From sequence record PV754031.1: a DNA stretch of 64,000 nucleotides, one strand, 5' to 3'. The translations under genes and the position numbers were made by a program. The notes under the pieces are model-generated. The model did no database searches, was not told the origin of the DNA, and was given only the letters and a program-made list of their open reading frames with translations. Positions 25,612 to 33,687 of this stretch are shown in pieces (positions within the stretch are counted from its first letter, which is position 1; every line of letters starts with the position of its first letter).

Positions 25612-25875
25612 ATGCATAAACTTAATCCTGGTTGTTATCCATTAACTATAAATCCTAATGGTAAGTTTCTGAATAAAGACGATTTACGGAATCTTCCCAA
25701 TGGAATTTATGTAACTTCTCCGTTACATGGTCCTAGGGTATATAGCCATGATCGACGCGTTATGGTTGATGGTGATTATTGTTATCTAATCACTGCACCG
25801 AACATAAAATTCAAGGTAAGTGATTTCTTTAAATATAATGTAGTTTATTATCCGAGCATTTACCTCAAGAGGTAA
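25612..25875 (+). CDS. Hypothetical protein, NLPxG..HGP family (87 aa)
   Basis: GAGGTG SD; paralogous to 26231-26458. Confidence 0.65.
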   Translation: MHKLNPGCYPLTINPNGKFLNKDDLRNLPNGIYVTSPLHGPRVYSHDRRVMVDGDYCYLITAPNIKFKVSDFFKYNVVYYPSIYLKR

Positions 25876-25882
25876 TAAATAA

Positions 25883-26167
25883 ATGGCAAACGAATGCACT
25901 CCCGGTGTCTGGGATACACTAGTTGACTCGACAAAAGAAACTGAAAACCTACGTATCCGTTCCCAACTCATGCGGGCTCTCACCCGTACTATAAAGGGCT
26001 GGGATCTTCCGCAAAAAGACGCTGCTGCTCGCCTACATGTTACGCAACCGAGATTGAATGATCTTCTCAAAGGCAAGATTGACAAGTTCTCTCTGGACGC
26101 CCTGGTAAACCTACTGGACGCGGCTGATCTGACTCTTGAGATATCAGTGATCCCACGTGCAGTATAA
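25883..26167 (+). CDS. XRE-family HTH protein, HigA-type antitoxin-like (no toxin partner)
   Basis: VWD.L.D...E.ENL..RS.LM and QKDAAARLHVTQPRLNDLLKGKIDKFSLDALV match the bacterial HigA/HTH_37-type signature; GAGG SD. Confidence 0.85.
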   Translation: MANECTPGVWDTLVDSTKETENLRIRSQLMRALTRTIKGWDLPQKDAAARLHVTQPRLNDLLKGKIDKFSLDALVNLLDAADLTLEISVIPRAV

Positions 26168-26230
26168 ACCATGGGGACGCAGCTTGATACGGCCACCGGG
26201 TGGTTTCATGACAGCAAGGAAATAAAGAAA

Positions 26231-26458
26231 ATGACAACTGATAAAAAGTTTAGTATTAAAGAACTCGGATGGGAAAAAGCCACTAATCTACCCGATGGTG
26301 AATACTACACTATTCCTAAACATGGACCACAAAACTGGCGGTATGATCGCAAGATTATCAAAACCAAGAACAGTGTAAAACTGGTAAATGAACCAGATTA
26401 TAGCTGGTCAGCCCCATTCTTTTTCGAGGCAAATAACTTGTTAATCGAAGAACCATGA
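26231..26458 (+). CDS. Hypothetical protein, NLPxG..HGP family (75 aa)
   Basis: ATG 26231 has AAGGA SD (track start 26171 has none); paralogous to 25612-25875. Confidence 0.6.
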   Translation: MTTDKKFSIKELGWEKATNLPDGEYYTIPKHGPQNWRYDRKIIKTKNSVKLVNEPDYSWSAPFFFEANNLLIEEP

Positions 26459-26616
26459 CTATGAAACGATCACCAGGTTATTTTAAAAGAGTAGTAAAAG
26501 AACTAACTGAGCGAGAGAACATTATACATCAGAAAGTTCTTAAATACATCAATGATAATCCGAATATTTCTTATAAAGAAGCACGTCAGATAGTAACTAA
26601 GGAGATTATAAAGTGA
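26455..26616 (+). CDS. Small basic hypothetical protein, 53 aa (not in ORF track)
   Basis: ATGA overlap upstream and GTGA overlap downstream; MTMKRSPGYFKRVVKELTERENIIHQKVLKYINDNPNISYKEARQIVTKEIIK. Confidence 0.65.
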   Translation: MTMKRSPGYFKRVVKELTERENIIHQKVLKYINDNPNISYKEARQIVTKEIIK

Positions 26617-26825
26617 CTATTTCAATTCCTGCATCAGTTCGTGGTGAGTTTGGAATTTATTACAAAAATAATAAGAATCTTCGCCTGGGTCAGGCATGGC
26701 ATAATTACATGCGTCTTGAAAATATCCAAAATGAAATGGATAAAGAATGGGCTGATAAACTCTGGAATGCTTCTGATAAAGAAGCAGCTGACATGGTTGA
26801 TGAAGCCACTAATTGGACTATGTAA
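26613..26825 (+). CDS. Hypothetical protein (70 aa)
   Basis: GTG start with AAGGAG SD; LRLGQAW motif seen in small phage proteins. Confidence 0.7.
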   Translation: MTISIPASVRGEFGIYYKNNKNLRLGQAWHNYMRLENIQNEMDKEWADKLWNASDKEAADMVDEATNWTM

Positions 26826-26864
26826 CTAAACAATATTCAATATAGTAAATAAGGAGAAATACAA

Positions 26865-27008
26865 ATGACCAATGAAGAAATTATCGCAGATGAAAGTAAA
26901 TGGGCCGATGACAGTGAGGCGGTCGGCTGTGAACCAGTTGATCTGTTTATTGATTTTTACTGGGTAGAGCCCGCTCATCATACCCAAGAAGGAAAAGAGG
27001 ATAATTAA
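26865..27008 (+). CDS. Small acidic protein, 47 aa (not in ORF track)
   Basis: AAGGAG SD; MTNEEIIADESKWADDSEAVGCEPVDLFIDFYWVEPAHHTQEGKEDN. Confidence 0.65.
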   Translation: MTNEEIIADESKWADDSEAVGCEPVDLFIDFYWVEPAHHTQEGKEDN

Positions 27009-27009
27009 C

Positions 27010-27285
27010 ATGGGTGAATATACACAGAATGGTATTCGTTATTTTCGTCCGGATGATACCGAAGATACCTTTTATGTCTTGGGTGATTGTTATGAGGCCA
27101 ATACTATCGCCGATATTATCAAGATGGCAACTAAGAAATGGGGTGATGGTATTACTCTTGATATGATTAATATCAGTACTGAATATATCCATACAAGTTG
27201 TCTAGGGTATGATGAGTACGACCCTAGCGATTATAGTAATTATCTATGCATCTCTCGTATTAGGGAACCATCGCTGGTTAAATAA
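27010..27285 (+). CDS. Hypothetical protein (91 aa)
   Basis: GAGGA SD; followed by terminator. Confidence 0.7.
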   Translation: MGEYTQNGIRYFRPDDTEDTFYVLGDCYEANTIADIIKMATKKWGDGITLDMINISTEYIHTSCLGYDEYDPSDYSNYLCISRIREPSLVK

Positions 27286-27298
27286 ATCAACGACATAA

Positions 27299-27320
27299 GC
27301 CCTCTCCTTCGGGAGAGGGC
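27299..27320 (+). terminator. Hairpin GCCCTCTCC-TTCG-GGAGAGGGC
   Basis: 9-bp stem, UUCG loop. Confidence 0.85.
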
Positions 27321-27354
27321 ATTTATTCAGTTAAACATTTAAGAATAAAAGAAT

Positions 27355-27427
27355 TAGCCCTACTGTTGCAGCAGTAGGGCTATATGCCGTTGAGTAAAAA
27401 ATACTCAACATTTTCGCCCAAATGGGC
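27355..27427 (+). promoter_or_regulatory. Three-hairpin structured leader containing TATG (late-promoter-like core at 27383-27386)
   Basis: Stems at 27355-27382, 27389-27409 and 27416-27427. Confidence 0.5.
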
Positions 27428-27450
27428 TTGGATTAACAAGAGGAACCATC

Positions 27451-27756
27451 ATGTTAATTCCAGTTACCGCTAACAATGTTAGCCCTGACCTGCACAGAAT
27501 GCAGGATGTGGGTTTCTTTTTCAAGAGACCCGATGGATCAACCCATAGCATGTCAGTTGCGAAAATACACGCTGATAATGTTATCCAATGTCGAGATCGT
27601 AAAGGTCACTTCATTGGTTATTGGGCTGGTCCTACGATAGGATACGTCAACAACGCAAGTTTAGCCGTATCCATCAACCCCTTCGACAATTTCATAGTAA
27701 CGGACACTGACATGGATCAGAAGAAGTTCTATGTAACCGAAAGGAGAAGCCTATGA
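27451..27756 (+). CDS. Hypothetical protein (101 aa) in its own transcription unit
   Basis: GAGGA SD; terminators on both sides. Confidence 0.7.
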   Translation: MLIPVTANNVSPDLHRMQDVGFFFKRPDGSTHSMSVAKIHADNVIQCRDRKGHFIGYWAGPTIGYVNNASLAVSINPFDNFIVTDTDMDQKKFYVTERRSL

Positions 27757-27764
27757 TAAACAAC

Positions 27765-27784
27765 CCCTCTCCTTCAGGAGAGGG
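27765..27784 (+). terminator. Hairpin CCCTCTCC-TTCA-GGAGAGGG
   Basis: 8-bp stem; near-copy of the 27299-27320 hairpin. Confidence 0.8.
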
Positions 27785-27811
27785 ACTTATCTGAATTCTT
27801 TTTTTGTTTAA

Positions 27812-28131
27812 GTGAGAGCCGCCCGCTAAAGCGGCTCCCAAGTGGAGTTAAGTCTCCCGCTAAAGAGACACTCCAGTATACATGGGGTAGCGACTCCTCA
27901 TGTAGATATCCTAATTAATCTCTTTAGCTAGTAATCAATACCAGTTATCACTCGTTGATAATTGATTTGTTTATTAACTAATTTGACTTAATCAGAATAA
28001 TCAATACATATTGTTAATAACCTAGTATATTATTACCAGTATCATTGAGTAATACTGGTAATCAAATATTACTCATGAATATTACCTAATGTGGAACTGA
28101 TGAATCGGATCGCCCCGTAGGGGCTTTTATT
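27812..28131 (+). ncRNA. Candidate structured non-coding RNA (or ssDNA/origin element)
   Basis: No ORF; at least five hairpins, two with identical CCGCTAAA loops; G-U pairs valid only on + strand; ends in GCCCC-GTA-GGGGC-TTTTATTT terminator-like hairpin. Confidence 0.4.
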
Positions 28132-28374
28132 TCATAATAAACTATACCGAAGGTATATCCTTATTCTAATAATAAACAATATTAGCATTATTCTAATAGC
28201 GTTAGCTAATACATACTGTCTCCCTAAAAGGAGACACAGTATAGATTATATTTTTTTTTAATTAAAAATAATAAGTCTAGAGATAGACTTTCTTTATGCC
28301 TTTAATACCTTCTAATTTGCTCTATAATCGATTTTATTCGTTATTCACTAGCATATTAGCCATACGACATAAAA

Positions 28375-28390
28375 GCCCTCCTATGAGGGC
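28375..28390 (-). terminator. Hairpin GCCCTC-CTAT-GAGGGC ending the minus-strand unit
   Basis: On minus strand followed by TTTTATG; lies just past the 28400 stop. Confidence 0.75.
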
Positions 28391-28399
28391 TTAAATGCT

Positions 28400-28636
28400 T
28401 TATTTTTCATTAGTCGGATATAGGAGTACAATAGACTCTGCGCATACTTTAATAACTTGGATATTTTCACTGTCATTATTTTTTGATTGTTTATTTTTAA
28501 CGCAGTATTCAAATTGTTGGGATTTGAGTTTATATACGTTATTGTTCTCTTCTCCCAGTATTCCTCCAAATACCAATCCTAGGATAAATATTAATAAACC
28601 ACCAATAAAGATAATATAAACATTACCATAGTACAT
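28400..28636 (-). CDS. Small membrane protein (78 aa)
   Basis: VYIIFIGGLLIFILGLVFGGIL transmembrane helix; AAGGAG SD. Confidence 0.7.
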   Translation of the reverse strand: MYYGNVYIIFIGGLLIFILGLVFGGILGEENNNVYKLKSQQFEYCVKNKQSKNNDSENIQVIKVCAESIVLLYPTNEK

Positions 28637-28637
28637 A

Positions 28638-29006
28638 TTACATTAACTCCTTTACATCATCTGGAATAGATTCACACCGATCTAAATCCCAGTAGATGTG
28701 TGTATAGTGATCTTGGTTTACGATACTGATAAAATCCCCATTAGGATCGGGTAATGGTTTACGGATAATATCAACGTAAATAGTGTAATATAAATAAAGA
28801 TCACTGATGAGTTCATCAATGTTTAAATTATTACCCTCTGCATATTTCCCATATTTAAAATAATGGGCTTCTTCTGCTACAGCATAACGGATTTTATCGT
28901 AATTTTGTGATGCGGCATATACACGTGCAAATAGAGGGCGATTAAACTTTCTACATTCACTAATATTTTTTCTTAAAGTATTTACTAAATTATCAATTGC
29001 ACTCAT
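28638..29006 (-). CDS. Hypothetical protein (122 aa)
   Basis: AATAGGTAATCTAA leader like early genes. Confidence 0.65.
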   Translation of the reverse strand: MSAIDNLVNTLRKNISECRKFNRPLFARVYAASQNYDKIRYAVAEEAHYFKYGKYAEGNNLNIDELISDLYLYYTIYVDIIRKPLPDPNGDFISIVNQDHYTHIYWDLDRCESIPDDVKELM

Positions 29007-29031
29007 TTAGATTACCTATTAAAATTATAGT

Positions 29032-29051
29032 GCTCTCCCCGAAGGGAGAGC
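29032..29051 (-). terminator. Hairpin (minus strand GCTCTCCC-TTCG-GGGAGAGC) after the helicase gene
   Basis: 8-bp stem with UUCG loop on minus strand. Confidence 0.8.
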
Positions 29052-29060
29052 TTTATGTTG

Positions 29061-30608
29061 TTAATATCCCCAGTCATCTCCACCAGTTGCTTGCATGTTA
29101 CTAAGACTTGGTACGAAATCCATGTAATTGTTTTCTTCTTTATCGATATCCCATCTAATACCACCAATACGGTCTGGATCAAACGGCATAACAAAATAGT
29201 GATGCTTACTATCACTTACAACGTTACGGTGTTTACCACGTTGTACAGTTAGATAATACTTACCACTTACTTTAACAATGTGGAAGAAGAATTCCAGATC
29301 AGGTTCTTGCCCAAGTCGACGACAACCATCATAGTAACCTTTGTTAGCAACTTGTTTAACAAAGTCTTCTGGTGGGATATTATCCCTGATTAGTTCTAGT
29401 GCCTGAGAACTTAACTGGTGTGGACTAAAGAATGTAATACCACGTGGCGCAGTATAATTACGCATTCGCCTAAATAGGAGACGAACGTCATCACCTGCTA
29501 CACTGGTTACTAATCCAGTTTTAGGCAACATGTTTAGATAATCTACGCAGAGATATTGTAGTTCATAACCACGTGCTTGATATGTATCTAGATAGTTAAC
29601 TAAACCAGCAATCGTAAATTCAGTCGGGTCAAAACGGTACATTACTGGCTCGAAACCATTTTCACGAAGACGAGCTGATACATATTCAGCTGCTTCAGCT
29701 TTACTAATGGAACTACGATCTACCTTGATACCTGTTTCATTTTCGTAAATATACTCATAAATGAAAATAAGGTTATCCGGAATCTCATTCTCAAGAGTAA
29801 TAAACATTACTAATGGTTTCTTATTGATATCACGCATGTATGGTTTATTAAATAGACATACATGACAAAATAGACTCATAGAAACGCCAGATTTATATTG
29901 GTGTTGTAGGCCACCACCAATAATGAATTCACCACGTTTTAATGCACCTAGATCACCAAGCATACGGTTAAAGCCTTTCCATCCAGTTCGGAAAGCACCA
30001 TTTGGTGAAAGAATGGTTTTAGCTTCTTCGAAGAATCCTTCAATAGAATCTAAATTACCAAAATCAAGTGCACCCATTTCAGCTGGGTGTTTCTCTTCAG
30101 CACGGGCGCGAATATATGGGTCAGCTCTGGTTGCCATTTCATTAATGATTGCCGGAATATCAGCAGAGCCTCTATTGAAAAGAATTTTTGATGAACATTC
30201 TTTTACAATAGCTTTTACCTTTTCATCAGCTAAGTAGCTATTTAGATCACGACGATATGATGTTACACGCATAGCTAATGCCATGCCATTTGGAAATTCT
30301 TCTTCTACCGCATTTTTAACAGCATCGTATAGATAACTTTCTTCACGACAACATACTTGTAGTGATTGTAATACCTGTTGGGTAGCTGGGAAATATGTTT
30401 TCTGTTTCTTATTTAGATCCACTAGTAGATTACGAAGATCTAAAAATGTTTGCCGACCATGATCTACATCTAATGTACCACCCTTATCATTTAGAGTATC
30501 AAGAATCTCGGTAACCAATTCATTGGATGGTTCCACAGGAGAATCTTCTCGATTTTCTAAACATAATAGAGTGATACATGAAACGAGTAATTGTTTTGGA
30601 CTTGACAT
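29061..30608 (-). CDS. gp118: DnaB-like (SF4) replicative helicase, phiKZ gp118 homolog
   Basis: 515 aa; RTGW..FNRMLG, variant Walker A GGLQHQYKS, FITLEN, LCVDYLNML Walker B, RGKHR arginine-finger motif; divergent from capsid genes. Confidence 0.9.
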   Translation of the reverse strand: MSSPKQLLVSCITLLCLENREDSPVEPSNELVTEILDTLNDKGGTLDVDHGRQTFLDLRNLLVDLNKKQKTYFPATQQVLQSLQVCCREESYLYDAVKNAVEEEFPNGMALAMRVTSYRRDLNSYLADEKVKAIVKECSSKILFNRGSADIPAIINEMATRADPYIRARAEEKHPAEMGALDFGNLDSIEGFFEEAKTILSPNGAFRTGWKGFNRMLGDLGALKRGEFIIGGGLQHQYKSGVSMSLFCHVCLFNKPYMRDINKKPLVMFITLENEIPDNLIFIYEYIYENETGIKVDRSSISKAEAAEYVSARLRENGFEPVMYRFDPTEFTIAGLVNYLDTYQARGYELQYLCVDYLNMLPKTGLVTSVAGDDVRLLFRRMRNYTAPRGITFFSPHQLSSQALELIRDNIPPEDFVKQVANKGYYDGCRRLGQEPDLEFFFHIVKVSGKYYLTVQRGKHRNVVSDSKHHYFVMPFDPDRIGGIRWDIDKEENNYMDFVPSLSNMQATGGDDWGY

Positions 30609-30747
30609 TTTTATAGATTTCCAATTGTGAAATTAAGAGATGTACAGTGTATCATTTAGATAGCTAGTAATTTTAGTGAATGTATTTGCTATATTGCTAT
30701 GTAGACAGTTCCCAAAAGCCTAAAGTTACAATATAGGTACTTTCACA

Positions 30748-31281
30748 ATGACCCAAGTTCTGGTTATGCCAAAAGCTGTTTTTGAATCATATAAAACAGC
30801 AGGTGTACAATTTAACAAATTGTTAGACACCAACTATATAGTTTCCGAAACCTCCGTAAATGATCTTGCGGAGATACATCAGGCTTTAACTGCTTTCCCC
30901 TTTCTATTACCAGAAAAACTAGATATTAAGTTAGCAGTAAGCCCGATAATTAAAGTTGCTGAGCTAGGTGAAATAGACGGTCCTGAACAATTTAAGATGA
31001 AGGATTTACACAATCGTTTAGAGAGCCGCCTAGCGACTAATGAACTTAGGGATGCAGGTAACCGTAATTTAGTGTACGATTATTACCTATATCCTGTAGA
31101 TGAGAATCTGTGGGTTGCGGTGCAGCAGAGTGCGCACATTGCAAGTAGCGATCCTAGACGTGTCTCAATTCAACTTAACCATACTTTCTTTGATAGTATG
31201 ATAAATGAAATGTTGAACACCCGCCCACGTGAATCCGTGGCGTCAACACAAATTTTTACCTATTATTTGGAGAGCTGCTAG
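30748..31281 (+). CDS. Head protein, phiKZ gp119-like
   Basis: 177 aa between helicase and capsid gene; synteny. Confidence 0.65.
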   Translation: MTQVLVMPKAVFESYKTAGVQFNKLLDTNYIVSETSVNDLAEIHQALTAFPFLLPEKLDIKLAVSPIIKVAELGEIDGPEQFKMKDLHNRLESRLATNELRDAGNRNLVYDYYLYPVDENLWVAVQQSAHIASSDPRRVSIQLNHTFFDSMINEMLNTRPRESVASTQIFTYYLESC

Positions 31282-31353
31282 GTTGATTCCGGAAAAGATG
31301 CTTAGTAGACCCAAATTTTTAAACCAAAAACTCATCCTACGTAGGAATAAAAA

Positions 31354-33597
31354 ATGAGCGTACATGCCCTAAGAGAACTGTTTAAACACAAAGGCGAAAA
31401 GAAATACGAAGTCTTCTCAATGGAAGATTTCATTGGCCGCCTAGAAAGTGAAATTGGTCTAAATGACAGCATTGTTAGTCAAGGTCGTTCCCTTGTTAGC
31501 ACCATTTCACATGAAAACTTCGGTACCGTACAAGCTACCGACGTTCAAGATGCTGCTGCAATTTATAACAAAATGCAAATGCTCGTTAACGACTATGGTT
31601 TCGAACGAGTAAGTTCCAGTGATCCTCAAGTACGTGCTCGTGAAGAACGTGTTCGTGAGAACCAGATCACTGCTGCTACCATGGCTGCTATCGCCTGTGC
31701 TGATGAAACTAAATATATCCGTGCACTACGTGGTATTACCAAAGCTAAAGCTTCTAACGAAGATCATGTTAAGGTTGTACAGCATCAGTTCAATGGCCCT
31801 GCTGGTGGCATTCAAGTATTCGAAAATGGTGTTGGCCTAGAGAACTATAACGAGAAGTCACAGCGTGATTTCCGTGTTGTAACTATTGGTTATAACCTAG
31901 CTGCTAGCCGTCAGGATGAATTCGCTGAGCGTATCTATCCGACCACCGTTATCAACCCGATTGAAGGTGGTGTTGTTCAGGTTCTTCCTTACATCGCTGT
32001 AATGAAAGACGTTTACCACGAAGTATCCGGCGTTAAGATGGATAACGAAGAAGTGAACATGGTAGAAGCCTATCGTGATCCTTCCATCCTCGACGACGAA
32101 AGCATTGCACTAATTCCTGCCCTAGATCCGGCTGGTTCCAATGCTGACTTCTTCGTAGACCCGGCTCTTGTTCCTCCGTACACCATCAAGAACGAGCAGA
32201 ACCTAACTATCACTACTGCTCCGCTAAAAGCGAACGTACGTCTTGATCTAATGGGTAACTCCAATGCTAACCTACTCATTCAGCGTGGCATGCTTGAAGT
32301 TTCTGACACCATTGATCCGGCTGGTCGTCTAAAGAACCTATTCGTTCTACTCGGCGGTAAAGTTGTTAAGTTCAAGGTTGACCGTCTACCTCGCGCTGTG
32401 TTCCAGCCCGATCTAGTTGGTGATACCCGGAACGCAGTTATCCGTTTCGATAGCGATGACCTTGTTGTTAGTGGCGATACCACTTTCATCGACGGTTCAG
32501 CTGATGGCGTTATTAACGACCTTAAGACTGCTAAACTAAGCCTACGTCTAAGCGTTGGTTTTGGTGGTACTATCAGCCTATCCAAAGGCGATTCTAAGTT
32601 TGGTGCTACCGACACTTACGTCGATAAAGTTCTAAACGAAGATGGCCAGGTAATGGATAATGCTGACCCGGCTGTTAAAGCTATTCTAGATCAGCTAACT
32701 GACCTAGCTGTTATCGGTTTCGAACTAGATACTCGCTTCACCAACACTAACCGTCGTCAGCGTGGTCACCTACTACAGACCCGTGCACTACAGTTCCGTC
32801 ATCCGATCCCGATGCACGCTCCTGTAACTCTACCGATGGACACCATGACCGATGAAGGTCCGGGTGAGGTTGTTAAAGCTCTAACTGTTAACACCAACAT
32901 CCGTAACAGCAACAACGCTGTTAAGCGCATGCTTAACTACCTTGCTCAACTACGTGAAGTTGTACACAATGGTTACAACCGTCCGAAGTTTGGTATCATC
33001 GAAGGTGCACTATCCGCTGTAATGCGTCCGACCTATCGTTACAAAGAACTAGATCTTGAGAAAGTCATCGACACCATCAAGTCTAAAGATCGTTGGGACG
33101 ACGTTTGCGCTGCGATCCTAAACTGTGTTAAAGCTGAGCTATTCCCGGCTCACCGTGATTCCAACATTGAAGCTGCCTTCCGTGTTATCTCCGGTAACCA
33201 GGATGAAACTCCGATGTATCTCTTCTGCTCCGACAAAGAGATTGCTAACTATCTAATGACTAAAGGTGACGACCGTACTCTAGGTGCTTATCTCAAGTAC
33301 GATATCGTTTCCACCAACAACCAGCTATTTGATGGTAAGCTAGTTGTAATTCCGACCCGCGCAGTACAACAAGAAAATGACATCCTCTCCTGGGGCCAGT
33401 TCTTCTACGTATCTACTGTTATCGCTGACCTACCGATCACTCGTGGTGGTCACCAGGTTACTCGCGAAATCGCGGCCATTCCGTTCAACCTACACGTCAA
33501 CAACATTCCGTTCGCGCTAGAGTTCAAGATCACTGGCTTCCAGAAAGTCATGGGCGAAACTCAGTTCAACGGTAAGCTTGCTGATCTTAAGCCGTGA
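31354..33597 (+). CDS. gp120: Major capsid protein, phiKZ gp120 homolog
   Basis: 747 aa; strongly biased high-expression codons; propeptide with FSMED/ISHEN/VGLENY sites; ends in TGA. Confidence 0.95.
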   Translation: MSVHALRELFKHKGEKKYEVFSMEDFIGRLESEIGLNDSIVSQGRSLVSTISHENFGTVQATDVQDAAAIYNKMQMLVNDYGFERVSSSDPQVRAREERVRENQITAATMAAIACADETKYIRALRGITKAKASNEDHVKVVQHQFNGPAGGIQVFENGVGLENYNEKSQRDFRVVTIGYNLAASRQDEFAERIYPTTVINPIEGGVVQVLPYIAVMKDVYHEVSGVKMDNEEVNMVEAYRDPSILDDESIALIPALDPAGSNADFFVDPALVPPYTIKNEQNLTITTAPLKANVRLDLMGNSNANLLIQRGMLEVSDTIDPAGRLKNLFVLLGGKVVKFKVDRLPRAVFQPDLVGDTRNAVIRFDSDDLVVSGDTTFIDGSADGVINDLKTAKLSLRLSVGFGGTISLSKGDSKFGATDTYVDKVLNEDGQVMDNADPAVKAILDQLTDLAVIGFELDTRFTNTNRRQRGHLLQTRALQFRHPIPMHAPVTLPMDTMTDEGPGEVVKALTVNTNIRNSNNAVKRMLNYLAQLREVVHNGYNRPKFGIIEGALSAVMRPTYRYKELDLEKVIDTIKSKDRWDDVCAAILNCVKAELFPAHRDSNIEAAFRVISGNQDETPMYLFCSDKEIANYLMTKGDDRTLGAYLKYDIVSTNNQLFDGKLVVIPTRAVQQENDILSWGQFFYVSTVIADLPITRGGHQVTREIAAIPFNLHVNNIPFALEFKITGFQKVMGETQFNGKLADLKP

Positions 33598-33678
33598 GCT
33601 GGAAAGGGTTACCGTTATCTAGAAAATGGGACTATCCGTTATTTGGAAGACGGTAATGCCCGGAAGTTAGAAGAGTAA
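33598..33678 (+). other. In-frame post-stop extension of the capsid gene (candidate UGA read-through tail, 26 sense codons)
   Basis: TGA-GCT GGA AAG GGT TAC CGT TAT CTA GAA AAT GGG ... GAA GAG TAA = AGKGYRYLENGTIRYLEDGNARKLEE; no SD/start of its own; ends before the terminator. Confidence 0.6.
33613..33642 (+). repeat. 30-nt exact direct repeat, copy 1 (CGTTATCTAGAAAATGGGACTATCCGTTAT)
   Basis: Identical to 59265-59294. Confidence 0.95.
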
Positions 33679-33687
33679 CAGACATAG

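Noticed and set aside
25786-26196. 136-aa antisense ORF over the HigA-like gene as a possible toxin
   Set aside because: No RelE/HigB features, no SD, and opposite to the local transcription direction.
27812-27904. Three adjacent hairpins as a possible tRNA or CRISPR mini-array
   Set aside because: No acceptor stem, T-loop or anticodon geometry; only the loops repeat and there is no repeat-spacer periodicity.
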